From NCBI GenBank assembly GCA_036339875.1, contig JAYZAC010000136.1, positions 1 to 36,096 of the forward strand: a stretch of DNA of 36,096 nucleotides, in the 5' to 3' direction. The stretch's first letter is position 1, and every line of letters starts with the position of its first letter. Below are positions 19,010 through 27,885 of this stretch, one piece after another. The DNA is from a bacterium (GTDB lineage Bacteria > Muiribacteriota > UBA6191). Made by a program: the position numbers and the translations under genes. The notes beneath the pieces were generated by a model that was not told where the DNA came from, ran no database searches, and saw nothing but the letters and a program-made list of their open reading frames with translations.

Positions 19010-20026
19010 ATGACATGTAAAGACGTACTTTTATTAAACTTCGGTGGACCAGAGACAACCGATGATGTAGAAATTTTTTTAAAAAATCTGTTCTCGGATA
19101 CCTTTGGAATTAGATTTGGCACCCCCGCTTTTTTCCAAAGATTTTTGGCAAAAAAAATATCTAAAAAGCGAGCACCTTCCGTAGCCGAGAAATATGATGA
19201 AATTGGCGGAGGAAGTCCACTCGTGCCTACTACGAAGGCCCTGGTGAATAACTTAAGTCTTGAACTACCAGACCTAAATTTTCACATAGCTATGCGATAC
19301 ACACCACCATACACAGAAGATGTGATATTAGACTTATACCGCAAAGGTGTAGAAGATCTTCTACTACTTCCCCTATACCCTCATTTCTCATATGCCACTA
19401 CTGGATCTAGTTTTTATGCGATAGCACAAACGATTCGTGAACTCCAAATATCACCATCGAAAATGCGTTTCCGATCAATATGTTGTTTTTTTGAGAATCA
19501 AAATTACATCAATGCGCAAGCCGAAATGATCAGAAGAGGTTTACAAAAGATTCCTAGTGAACTTAAAACAGTATTATTATTCTCTGCACACGGTATTCCA
19601 GAGAAATATATTGCACAGGGCGATCCATACCAACATCAAATTCAAACTAGTGTTGACCACATAATTAAAGAATTAAATTGGGACGGAGAGTACCAACTAG
19701 CCTATCAAAGTAGAGTTGGACCACAAAAATGGCTTGACCCTGACGTAGAGGAAGTTCTCAAAGCCTATGAAAATACAGACAAAGCACTCTTGATTATACC
19801 CATTAGCTTTGTGAGTGATCATATCGAGACTCTTCATGAATTAGACATCGAATATAAAGAAATTGCTGACGAGTGTAATATCGAGCACTATTATCGAGCC
19901 CCAGTTTTCAATGAAGACCCCATATTTGTGAAATGTCTTAAAGATTTAATCGAAGAAGAATTAAAGAAATCTTCTTGCAATTGGCGTGGTTGCTATGCCG
20001 CCATGAGCGCTCTAAATACAAAATGA
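19010..20026 (+). CDS. hemH: Ferrochelatase
   Basis: LLLNFGGP, IGGGSPL, AMRYTPP, LPLYPHFSYATTGSS, LFSAHGIP, GDPY, YQSRVGPQKWL, FVSDHIETLHELD. Start at 19010 (alternatively 19001). Confidence 0.97.
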   Translation: MTCKDVLLLNFGGPETTDDVEIFLKNLFSDTFGIRFGTPAFFQRFLAKKISKKRAPSVAEKYDEIGGGSPLVPTTKALVNNLSLELPDLNFHIAMRYTPPYTEDVILDLYRKGVEDLLLLPLYPHFSYATTGSSFYAIAQTIRELQISPSKMRFRSICCFFENQNYINAQAEMIRRGLQKIPSELKTVLLFSAHGIPEKYIAQGDPYQHQIQTSVDHIIKELNWDGEYQLAYQSRVGPQKWLDPDVEEVLKAYENTDKALLIIPISFVSDHIETLHELDIEYKEIADECNIEHYYRAPVFNEDPIFVKCLKDLIEEELKKSSCNWRGCYAAMSALNTK

Positions 20027-20035
20027 GGAAATTTC

Positions 20036-21673
20036 ATGTCCAAAGTTAAACTTCCGTATGCCATAGACCAAAAATTACAAGAAGATGCCGTTCGATTAAA
20101 AAAAGAAGATTTTAGAAATCTATTTCATAATAGCGATAGGGCTGAAGAATTCAGTATTAAGTGGCAAGATTTTTTCTTAGACTTTTCCAAAAATCACATT
20201 GACAAAACTAGTTGGGATAATCTGCAAGAACTGTTAACCGAATCTAATTTTCATACAATAAAAAAATCACTTTTTGATGGAGATGAAGTTAATTGGACAG
20301 AGAAACGAGCTGTCTTACATCACGCATTGAGAAGTTTCAATGAGCGAACCGTTCTTGTAAATGACAAGGATGTTTCAAGCCAGATAAAATCTGTGAGAGA
20401 GCTTTTCACGGATTTTGGAGACCAATTTTTTCAAGGTACTCGTAAAGGCCATTGCAATGAAACTATAACCGATGTGGTAAATATTGGAATTGGTGGTAGT
20501 GACCTAGGTCCAAAAATGGTAGTGGAGGCTTTATCACATTACAAAGGCGCTACTAATATTCATTTCGTGTCGAATGTAGATGCTACACATCTAGTAGAGA
20601 CACTCAAGAAATTGAATCCACACACAACATTTTTCTTAGTCGCCAGCAAAACTTTCACGACTCAAGAAACAATGACCAATGCCCATAGTGCAAGACAATG
20701 GTTGGTTGATTCACTGGGAGAAAATTCTGTTGGATCACACTTTGCAGCCATGTCGACTAATTTAGAAGCGGTAAAACAGTTTGGAATAAATCCCGAAAAT
20801 GTATTCCCCTTTTGGGATTTTGTGGGGGGAAGATACAGTCTTTGGTCCTCTATTGGCTTGAGTATATGCTGTTCGATAGGAAAGCAGCAATTCTTGGATT
20901 TCCTCGCTGGTGCTGAGGCCATGGACCATCATTTTGAAATAGCTCCAACGGATCAAAATATACCCATAATTATGGCTCTGCTGGGCATCTGGTATAACAA
21001 TTATTTTGGAGCTTCTTCCTACGCAATACTACCCTATGATCAATATTTGAATTATTTTACAGCACACTTTCAGCAAGTTGATATGGAAAGTAACGGTAAA
21101 TCGACCAATCGTGATAACAAAAAAATTGAGTACGAAACTGGCCCAGTACTATGGGGTGAACCTGGTACAAATGGACAACATGCTTTCTATCAATTAATTC
21201 ATCAAGGTAGTAAACTCATCCCCTGCGATTTTATTGGTTTTTGCCAAACACTAAATCCATTGAGTGACCACCACTCCAAGTTAATGGCAAACTTGTTCGC
21301 TCAATCAGAAGCATTAGCATTTGGACTAACTGCTACCGAGGTACAAGAAGAATTACAGAATAGTGATATAAGCATTTCAGATCAGGAAACTCTTTTATAT
21401 CACAAAGTTTTTGATGGAAACCGACCAAGTAATACACTTTTAATTAACCGCCTCACGCCTTCAAGCTTAGGTTCATTAATTGCCTTGTATGAGTGGAAAA
21501 TTTTTGTTCAAGGCGTCATTTGGCAAATTAATTCTTTTGATCAATGGGGTGTAGAACTAGGTAAAAAATTGGCAAAATCCATTCTTACTGAAATCGAATC
21601 GGGAGGCACTCAACCAGGTGTTCACGATTGCAGCACACAGCAGTTGCTTTTACATTATCTCAAAACGAAATAG
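20036..21673 (+). CDS. pgi: Glucose-6-phosphate isomerase
   Basis: NIGIGGSDLGP, ASKTFTTQET, VGGRYSLWS, MESNGK, GTNGQHAFYQLIHQG, FDQWGVELGK. GAGG SD. Confidence 0.98.
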   Translation: MSKVKLPYAIDQKLQEDAVRLKKEDFRNLFHNSDRAEEFSIKWQDFFLDFSKNHIDKTSWDNLQELLTESNFHTIKKSLFDGDEVNWTEKRAVLHHALRSFNERTVLVNDKDVSSQIKSVRELFTDFGDQFFQGTRKGHCNETITDVVNIGIGGSDLGPKMVVEALSHYKGATNIHFVSNVDATHLVETLKKLNPHTTFFLVASKTFTTQETMTNAHSARQWLVDSLGENSVGSHFAAMSTNLEAVKQFGINPENVFPFWDFVGGRYSLWSSIGLSICCSIGKQQFLDFLAGAEAMDHHFEIAPTDQNIPIIMALLGIWYNNYFGASSYAILPYDQYLNYFTAHFQQVDMESNGKSTNRDNKKIEYETGPVLWGEPGTNGQHAFYQLIHQGSKLIPCDFIGFCQTLNPLSDHHSKLMANLFAQSEALAFGLTATEVQEELQNSDISISDQETLLYHKVFDGNRPSNTLLINRLTPSSLGSLIALYEWKIFVQGVIWQINSFDQWGVELGKKLAKSILTEIESGGTQPGVHDCSTQQLLLHYLKTK

Positions 21674-21692
21674 AGTCGCTTTTACTTATAGA

Positions 21693-21721
21693 TTGAACTC
21701 TGGTCATTAGATCAATATAAT
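21693..21721 (+). promoter_or_regulatory. sigma70 promoter upstream of tal
   Basis: TTGAAC (21693-21698), 17 nt, TATAAT (21716-21721); GGAG SD before ATG 21747. Confidence 0.65.
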
Positions 21722-21746
21722 CTGCGCCAACATCTTGGAGTGTCGC

Positions 21747-22700
21747 ATGAATCAATTAGAGTCTATTAAAACGTTCACAACAATCGTAGCCGATACTGGC
21801 GATATTCAAAGCATACAGGCTTATCAGCCGCAAGATGCTACGACGAATCCTAGTCTTATTTATCAAGCAAGTCAGCAAGCTGAATACCAAGATATAGTCG
21901 CTAAAGCCGTCAAAAATTCTCAGAATCATTCCTCTAAAAATCTATTAGAAAATGTACTCGATGAATTATCTGTCAGTTTTGGTTCTGAAATTCTCAAGTT
22001 AATTCCCGGTAGAGTTTCAACTGAGGTTGATGCAAGATTGTCCTTTGATACCATAGGCAGCTATGAGAAAGCGTTAAAAATTATAGATATGTATGCCAGC
22101 CGAGGAATAGCCAAAGATCGGATTTTAATTAAACTAGCTAGTACTTGGGAAGGTATTGAAGCTTGTCGCTTACTAGAAAAAGAAGGTATACATTGTAATA
22201 TGACTCTGTTATTTGATATCTCTCAAGCAGTCGCTTGCGCTGAGGTCGGTGCCACTTTGATATCACCATTTGTTGGTCGAATTTTAGACTGGTACAAACT
22301 AAGCGAAGGTAGAGATTCATACCTACCACATGAAGACCCTGGGGTTGTTTCTGTCACAAATATTTATAATTACTTCAAAAAATTTGACTACAAAACCGTA
22401 GTGATGGGTGCTAGTTTCCGGAATAAAGATGAGATACTTCAATTGGCAGGTTGTGATTTATTAACGATATCACCAAAGTTATTACAAGAACTTAAAGATT
22501 CTGTAGACCCAATACAACATAAATTGAATCCGCTCAATTCCAAGCAATTATCTATCGAGCCTATACAGATTGATGAGAAAACTTTTCGCTGGTTGATGAA
22601 TGATAATGCAATGGCTACAGAGAAACTATCCGAAGGTATTAGAAAATTTACTGTAGATCTTGAAAAATTAGAAAAATTTATAAACGAGAAATACTTGTAG
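21747..22700 (+). CDS. tal: Transaldolase
   Basis: [64 protein letters not shown]. Confidence 0.98.
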   Translation: MNQLESIKTFTTIVADTGDIQSIQAYQPQDATTNPSLIYQASQQAEYQDIVAKAVKNSQNHSSKNLLENVLDELSVSFGSEILKLIPGRVSTEVDARLSFDTIGSYEKALKIIDMYASRGIAKDRILIKLASTWEGIEACRLLEKEGIHCNMTLLFDISQAVACAEVGATLISPFVGRILDWYKLSEGRDSYLPHEDPGVVSVTNIYNYFKKFDYKTVVMGASFRNKDEILQLAGCDLLTISPKLLQELKDSVDPIQHKLNPLNSKQLSIEPIQIDEKTFRWLMNDNAMATEKLSEGIRKFTVDLEKLEKFINEKYL

Positions 22701-22800
22701 TTTCTTAAAAAAATCAGGCTTAATATTTGCTCTGGTCCAAAATTGTACGACTGTAGCTCAAAAGCTAAGTTTTAATGCTGCTTTTGACGTCCCACTTTGA

Positions 22801-22829
22801 TTGACAAGCACCTATCTATCTGCCATTAT
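22801..22829 (+). promoter_or_regulatory. Putative sigma70 promoter for ccsB-ccsA
   Basis: TTGACA (22801-22806), 17 nt, CATTAT (22824-22829), with a TGn extension. Confidence 0.5.
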
Positions 22830-22877
22830 GGTGCGCTCGATGAAACGGCTCTCAAATCTGTTTATTCTGTAGATATT

Positions 22878-24749
22878 ATGACATCTGTATTTATTAGACC
22901 TTTATTAACACTGGCAATTATTTTTGGACTATTTGGATTTGTGCGTTTCGCGGTACATCGAGGTTTTGAGCCGCGCAAAAATAAATTGATAAAATATCTT
23001 GGATCTCTTCATCTTGCTGTTACTCTCCTTTCACTGCTTGCAATACTTCTAAGTGTTGCTACCGTTCTTGAGTCGAAGCATGGAACTGAGTACATCATGC
23101 GCACCGTGTACAGAGCTTCATGGTTTGAATTTATATTGATCGGTATTTGGACTAATATCTTTTTTGCTACTGTGTTGAGATTTCCTTTTCGTAGAAACAA
23201 AATAGGATTCTTTCTCACCCACTGCGGCATTCTGACTATTTTACTAGGTTCATTAATGACAAGAATTGAGGGTCAAGAGGGTACGATTACGCTAGTTGAA
23301 GGAGCAAGTTCAAGCATTCTCAATCTTCAAGGTAATGCTTTGAAACTAGTTGATACATCTTCACAGTCCAAGTTGGCTGGTGAAAACGTAGAGCAATTAA
23401 ATCTTCCTGCAAACCTCAGTTCCGATAGTGGATCTGAAATTCTAATTACCGAATATCATCCGCATTCAAGTATGAGTCATATGTATCTAGATGGTGATAA
23501 AGATTATTCATTTTCTGAAGCAAACCCAGCTCTACAGTTTTCGATTCGTAGCTCTATGTTTAATCTAGACAGATGGTTGGTAAATCAAAATGAAGATCTC
23601 AAGAATCCTTCCGAAATCAAAATGGGACCTGCTCAAATTACTTTACGTAAAGTTTCAAGCTTAGAAGCTCAAAATTTACTAAGCAACGTGTCTGAAAGCG
23701 GCAACAAAGGCACACAGTCAAAGGCACAGCTAACCGTATCCCTTGATGAAGGGAAATCAATCAAGGTCTATGATGCACAGGATATAATTAATGAAACAGT
23801 TGATATTGGCCAAGGCTATAAGATAATTGTTACAGGAATTTATCGCAACGCGGCAGTTGTTAAGGGTAAAGGGATTGTTGATCAGCCCGGTCCACCAAAT
23901 AATCCAGCAATTGTATTCAAATTGATTTATCCTAGTGGGAAAGAAAAAATGAGTGTACGGTTTCAACTTCATCCAGAATTCCAAGGAATTCATGATGAGA
24001 ATGGTGTATCGCTCAAAGAACCCCAAATTAAAGCACTAGGTGTTGCACCCTCCTCAACTCAACCAGCCACGTGTGAATTTTTAGTCGATGAACGAGGACA
24101 ATTCTATTATCATATAACTTCTTCGAGGGTAACTCAGGCTGGACTTCTACAATTGAATAAGATGATTCCGATGGGTTGGAATGACGCAGTGTTGGTTGCC
24201 AAGAAATTAATTCCAAATGCCAATGTGAAGCGTGTAGTTTTACCAAAGAAATTAGCAGCAAACGCAAAGTCTAGTCTGCCAATGGTTCGTGTCGAAATAA
24301 AGACAGACAAAGGTCCTGAATTTAAAACGCTACTATATGGTGAATCGTTTAGTTATTCTTATAACCAGAAAGAGAAACAATTGAGTTTCGGACCTAACGG
24401 AATTGAGCTCCCATTCTTGGTACAACTCAAGGATTTTCGAAAAATAGATTATCCAAATACCAATAGAGCAATGGAGTATGAAAGTGATGTCATCGTCGAA
24501 GATATCTTGACGCCTCAAAGTGACCAAGCAAAGAAGCGTATTGAAACGACTATTTCTATGAATAATGTCTTGGATCATGCTGGCTGGAGATTTTTTCAAT
24601 CTAGCTTCAGAGTTGAAAATGGAAAAGAATATTCAACATTTCAGGTGGCTAGAGATCCAGGAATTGAAACAATTTATTTAGGTTCAATTGTTATGGTGTT
24701 GGGTATAGGTATTATGTTTTGGGGATTACCAGGAGCGAGGGAAAAATGA
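22878..24749 (+). CDS. ccsB: Cytochrome c biogenesis system II protein, ResB/CcsB-like
   Basis: LGSLHLAVTLL, ATVLES, VYRASWF, FFLTHCG (conserved His), large periplasmic region, LPF...LKDF...YP....A..YES.V, ISMNNVL...GWRFFQSS, RDPG...YLG. Start ATG 22878 is tentative. Confidence 0.88.
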   Translation: MTSVFIRPLLTLAIIFGLFGFVRFAVHRGFEPRKNKLIKYLGSLHLAVTLLSLLAILLSVATVLESKHGTEYIMRTVYRASWFEFILIGIWTNIFFATVLRFPFRRNKIGFFLTHCGILTILLGSLMTRIEGQEGTITLVEGASSSILNLQGNALKLVDTSSQSKLAGENVEQLNLPANLSSDSGSEILITEYHPHSSMSHMYLDGDKDYSFSEANPALQFSIRSSMFNLDRWLVNQNEDLKNPSEIKMGPAQITLRKVSSLEAQNLLSNVSESGNKGTQSKAQLTVSLDEGKSIKVYDAQDIINETVDIGQGYKIIVTGIYRNAAVVKGKGIVDQPGPPNNPAIVFKLIYPSGKEKMSVRFQLHPEFQGIHDENGVSLKEPQIKALGVAPSSTQPATCEFLVDERGQFYYHITSSRVTQAGLLQLNKMIPMGWNDAVLVAKKLIPNANVKRVVLPKKLAANAKSSLPMVRVEIKTDKGPEFKTLLYGESFSYSYNQKEKQLSFGPNGIELPFLVQLKDFRKIDYPNTNRAMEYESDVIVEDILTPQSDQAKKRIETTISMNNVLDHAGWRFFQSSFRVENGKEYSTFQVARDPGIETIYLGSIVMVLGIGIMFWGLPGAREK

Positions 24750-26431
24750 GCGTAAGAAGACGTATTGTCCACATATCTCTTTCAATATTGTTTACAATAC
24801 TGGTAATTATACTTGTACAGAACAGCTCAAAGAATTCTCCTGGACATTTGGATTTCTCTTCTTTGAAAACTTTACCTATATTATTGGAAGGTCGAGTCGT
24901 ACCTTTTGATACTTACGCCAGAAAATTCTCGTATACAGTCGCCGGATCACAGAGACCATTTAAAAAGAACTCAATTGAATTTGTAATGGATTATGTAAAG
25001 AACGATAACCCTCTGGCTGAAAATGTTATTAAAATCGACAATCATGCGATAAAAGAAAAACTTGGTATTAATAAAATCGATCGGTACACATCATTCAAAC
25101 ACGTAACTGGTCAGAATTCTTTAAATGAACTGCATCAAGTTTATCAAAATAAAACAGATCAAAAGATACCCTTAACACCCCTTGACGAAGCATTCGGTCG
25201 TTTGTCAGAACAGTTAAATATGATTTCTGAATTGGTTCAAGGAACTTCCTTGATGATATACCCCGCCGAAAAAAGTAAGTACACGAATTGGACACCAGCA
25301 GTTGAACTCGAACAGATCAATGACGCTGAAGCTCAGAAGGCTCATCAAGCATTTCAAAAGATGTTACATGGGAATTATCATGGTGTACAAAAAGATCTTG
25401 ACGACGCCGTCAACGACCTAAAATCTATAGCTTTTAATAGGCATCCATCAGGTGAAAATTTTAAAAAGAACTTTGATAATGAGCTAATTTACAATACGTC
25501 AAAACCGTTTCGGGTTTCTTGGATTGTTTATCTTTTAGCGCTTATTGCCGCTGTCATAGGTCGTGTTAAAAACAAACCTACAATTCTCGGACTAGGTCTT
25601 TGGCTTATGATATCTGGATTCGTGGTCCACACCTACGGCTTAATCCTGAGAACAATTATTCTGGATCGGCCTCCTGTAAGTAATATGTATGAATCAGTTG
25701 TATTTGTGGGATGGGCAGTACTCATCTTTAGCTTCATTTTACTTCTGAAACAAAAATATAAACGCAAGGATAGTCATATCCTTCTCACTTCAACTCTGCT
25801 TGCTGCAACACTTACAATGCTCATGGCTGACCTACTCCCAATGAGTAGTGAATTAGGTATGTTAGAGGCTGTCCTACGATCCACATACTGGCTAACAATA
25901 CATGTACTTGTAATCGTTGCCAGTTATGGTGCGTTCGCCCTTGCCTGTGCACTGGGCCATGTCTATCTAGTGAATATCTTGTTAGGTTTTTCAATGAAGC
26001 AACCCGTAATGAAAGATATTTCCGATTCAATCTATCAGTGTATTAAAATTGGCGTAATTCTTATTGGAGCGGGTACAATTTTGGGCGGTGTATGGGCAAA
26101 CGAAAGTTGGGGAAGATTCTGGGGATGGGATCCAAAAGAAACTTGGGCATTGATCTCATTTTTAGGATACATGGCGTTACTACATGGACGAAAAGCTGGA
26201 TGGTTCAAGGACTTTGGATTAGCCGTCGGAAGTTTAATAGGATTTTTATTAATACTGATGACTTGGTATGGTGTAAACTTCGTATTAGGAACAGGCTTGC
26301 ACTCCTACGGTTTTGGAACTGGTGGACAAAATTACGCACTTGGATTCACCCTTTTCGAATTATTGTTTTTAATTGTTGTTTTTCTTCGAATGAAGAACGA
26401 TCAAGACAAGGCCTCTCATCCAAGCCAGTAA
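24746..26431 (+). CDS. ccsA: Cytochrome c biogenesis system II protein CcsA/ResC with large N-terminal periplasmic domain
   Basis: WWD motif GGVWANESWGRFWGWDPKETWALI, RPPVSNMYES, WLTIHV, GLHSYG. ATGA overlap with the ccsB stop. Confidence 0.95.
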   Translation: MSVRRRIVHISLSILFTILVIILVQNSSKNSPGHLDFSSLKTLPILLEGRVVPFDTYARKFSYTVAGSQRPFKKNSIEFVMDYVKNDNPLAENVIKIDNHAIKEKLGINKIDRYTSFKHVTGQNSLNELHQVYQNKTDQKIPLTPLDEAFGRLSEQLNMISELVQGTSLMIYPAEKSKYTNWTPAVELEQINDAEAQKAHQAFQKMLHGNYHGVQKDLDDAVNDLKSIAFNRHPSGENFKKNFDNELIYNTSKPFRVSWIVYLLALIAAVIGRVKNKPTILGLGLWLMISGFVVHTYGLILRTIILDRPPVSNMYESVVFVGWAVLIFSFILLLKQKYKRKDSHILLTSTLLAATLTMLMADLLPMSSELGMLEAVLRSTYWLTIHVLVIVASYGAFALACALGHVYLVNILLGFSMKQPVMKDISDSIYQCIKIGVILIGAGTILGGVWANESWGRFWGWDPKETWALISFLGYMALLHGRKAGWFKDFGLAVGSLIGFLLILMTWYGVNFVLGTGLHSYGFGTGGQNYALGFTLFELLFLIVVFLRMKNDQDKASHPSQ

Positions 26432-26655
26432 TGAATCCATATACATTTATCAAAGGGTAATTCAAATCCTTCACAATGTGTCTGACTTTCAAGCTATGAT
26501 TTGAATATTGTATGTGCTTGTAACAAGCCTTCAATCATATTTGATGTATCTCCTAGCTTAGCTGAGTTATGAAAATCATGGACTTTTGTTAGCTTGTTCA
26601 ATTCAGCATCAGAAATAACTGTAAGGTAGCCTGCCATCTGTAGGACTTAAAATCA

Positions 26656-26704
26656 CTCAAAAATGAAACGAGAGCCTAGTGAAATACATAGTCACTAGGC
26701 TCTC
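26656..26704 (-). terminator. Strong hairpin, probable intrinsic terminator (possibly bidirectional)
   Basis: Perfect 13-bp inverted repeat GAGAGCCTAGTGA (26670-26682), 9-nt loop, TCACTAGGCTCTC (26692-26704). The minus-strand tail is GTTTCATTTTT. Confidence 0.65.
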
Positions 26705-26782
26705 ATTGCAAGTTTAGAGTGAGGTTGTATACCTTTAGTCGGTGTCTTACGGAAACTCATTTAGCTTTATATTAATCTGAAT

Positions 26783-26811
26783 AAAAAAAACCGGCGCATA
26801 AGAAGCACCGG
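26783..26811 (-). terminator. Rho-independent terminator of the oxidase operon
   Basis: Minus strand CCGGTGC-TTCTTAT-GCGCCGG followed by T8, 27 nt after the last gene's stop. Confidence 0.85.
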
Positions 26812-26838
26812 TCTACCAATTTTGTTTAAATATGATGA

Positions 26839-27858
26839 TTATTGTAATTGGCTCAGTAAACCATCAGATAGCTTAAATGTTTGATTAACTACCGCTTGGC
26901 TTTTACTCGTCTTACCTAAACGAATTAGACTCTCGGATTTACTGTTGTGTGTTACTTTGTTAAGGCTTGTCTTTACATAGCTGTATGCCATAGACCAACT
27001 TTGATTACTCCAAGTGTTAATACTTGCATTAATACCATCTACGCGAATTGAATTGCTCAATATCGAGCGAAAGGTACCCTGATTGGTAGCCCATTTTTTC
27101 TGACTCTTCGCCAGAACATTCAACGTATTGTAAAGATTTGGTCCCATACCTAGTACTAACTTAGCACCAACGATACCGTTTTTCGCATCATCTTTTACAA
27201 TAGTCACCAACTTCTTAATCGACTCACTATCCTTTTGTGACTCCGCAGCAAGAACTTCCATTGCTCGTTTTATTGACACTTGATGAGGCTGCTTGATTCC
27301 TGAGGATAAATTATACTGAGCATCGATTGCGTCGATATGCTCCTTAGTTACTTTTGGGGAGTCCTGTCGATACGCCCTAACATGGTGAACTAAAGCAAAT
27401 CGGTCTTCCACAGACAAATAATCATAAGCCAACATTCCACGAGCCGCGATTCCCTCAGTCATCGTCTTAAACACCTGATCGATGCTATTACCATTAGTCC
27501 ACTTGGCATCTACATTGTGAAAATTACGTGGCTTATGCGGTAAAGCTGCACCTCCAGGACCATCTCCCTTTCCATCATTACCATGACAAACTGTACAGTT
27601 TGCTTGATACAGTTCCTTTCCTTTGGCAAGAATTTCTGGAGTTGCCGTTGTCGCTGCCACAAGATTGATGCCTGGCTGAATTTTACCCCTGATTTCTGGT
27701 AAATCAGCAGTTGCGAATCGATTCAACTGCTTTTTCATGGTAACTGTAGGTTTATTAACATACAGAAGAATTCCATAACAAAGAACAATTATTCCAAAAT
27801 ATATAGCGATTACACCCACACCTGGTATAAGCACTTGTCCACGTCTTCTCGAATTCAT
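26839..27858 (-). CDS. Membrane-anchored monoheme cytochrome c with C-terminal extension
   Basis: N-terminal TM helix, GKELYQANCTVCHG..GKGDG (CxxCH), KPRNF, distal Met in RGMLAY. GGAG SD. Confidence 0.9.
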   Translation of the reverse strand: MNSRRRGQVLIPGVGVIAIYFGIIVLCYGILLYVNKPTVTMKKQLNRFATADLPEIRGKIQPGINLVAATTATPEILAKGKELYQANCTVCHGNDGKGDGPGGAALPHKPRNFHNVDAKWTNGNSIDQVFKTMTEGIAARGMLAYDYLSVEDRFALVHHVRAYRQDSPKVTKEHIDAIDAQYNLSSGIKQPHQVSIKRAMEVLAAESQKDSESIKKLVTIVKDDAKNGIVGAKLVLGMGPNLYNTLNVLAKSQKKWATNQGTFRSILSNSIRVDGINASINTWSNQSWSMAYSYVKTSLNKVTHNSKSESLIRLGKTSKSQAVVNQTFKLSDGLLSQLQ

Positions 27859-27885
27859 AACGATTTCTCCGTAATTTAATGTAAT

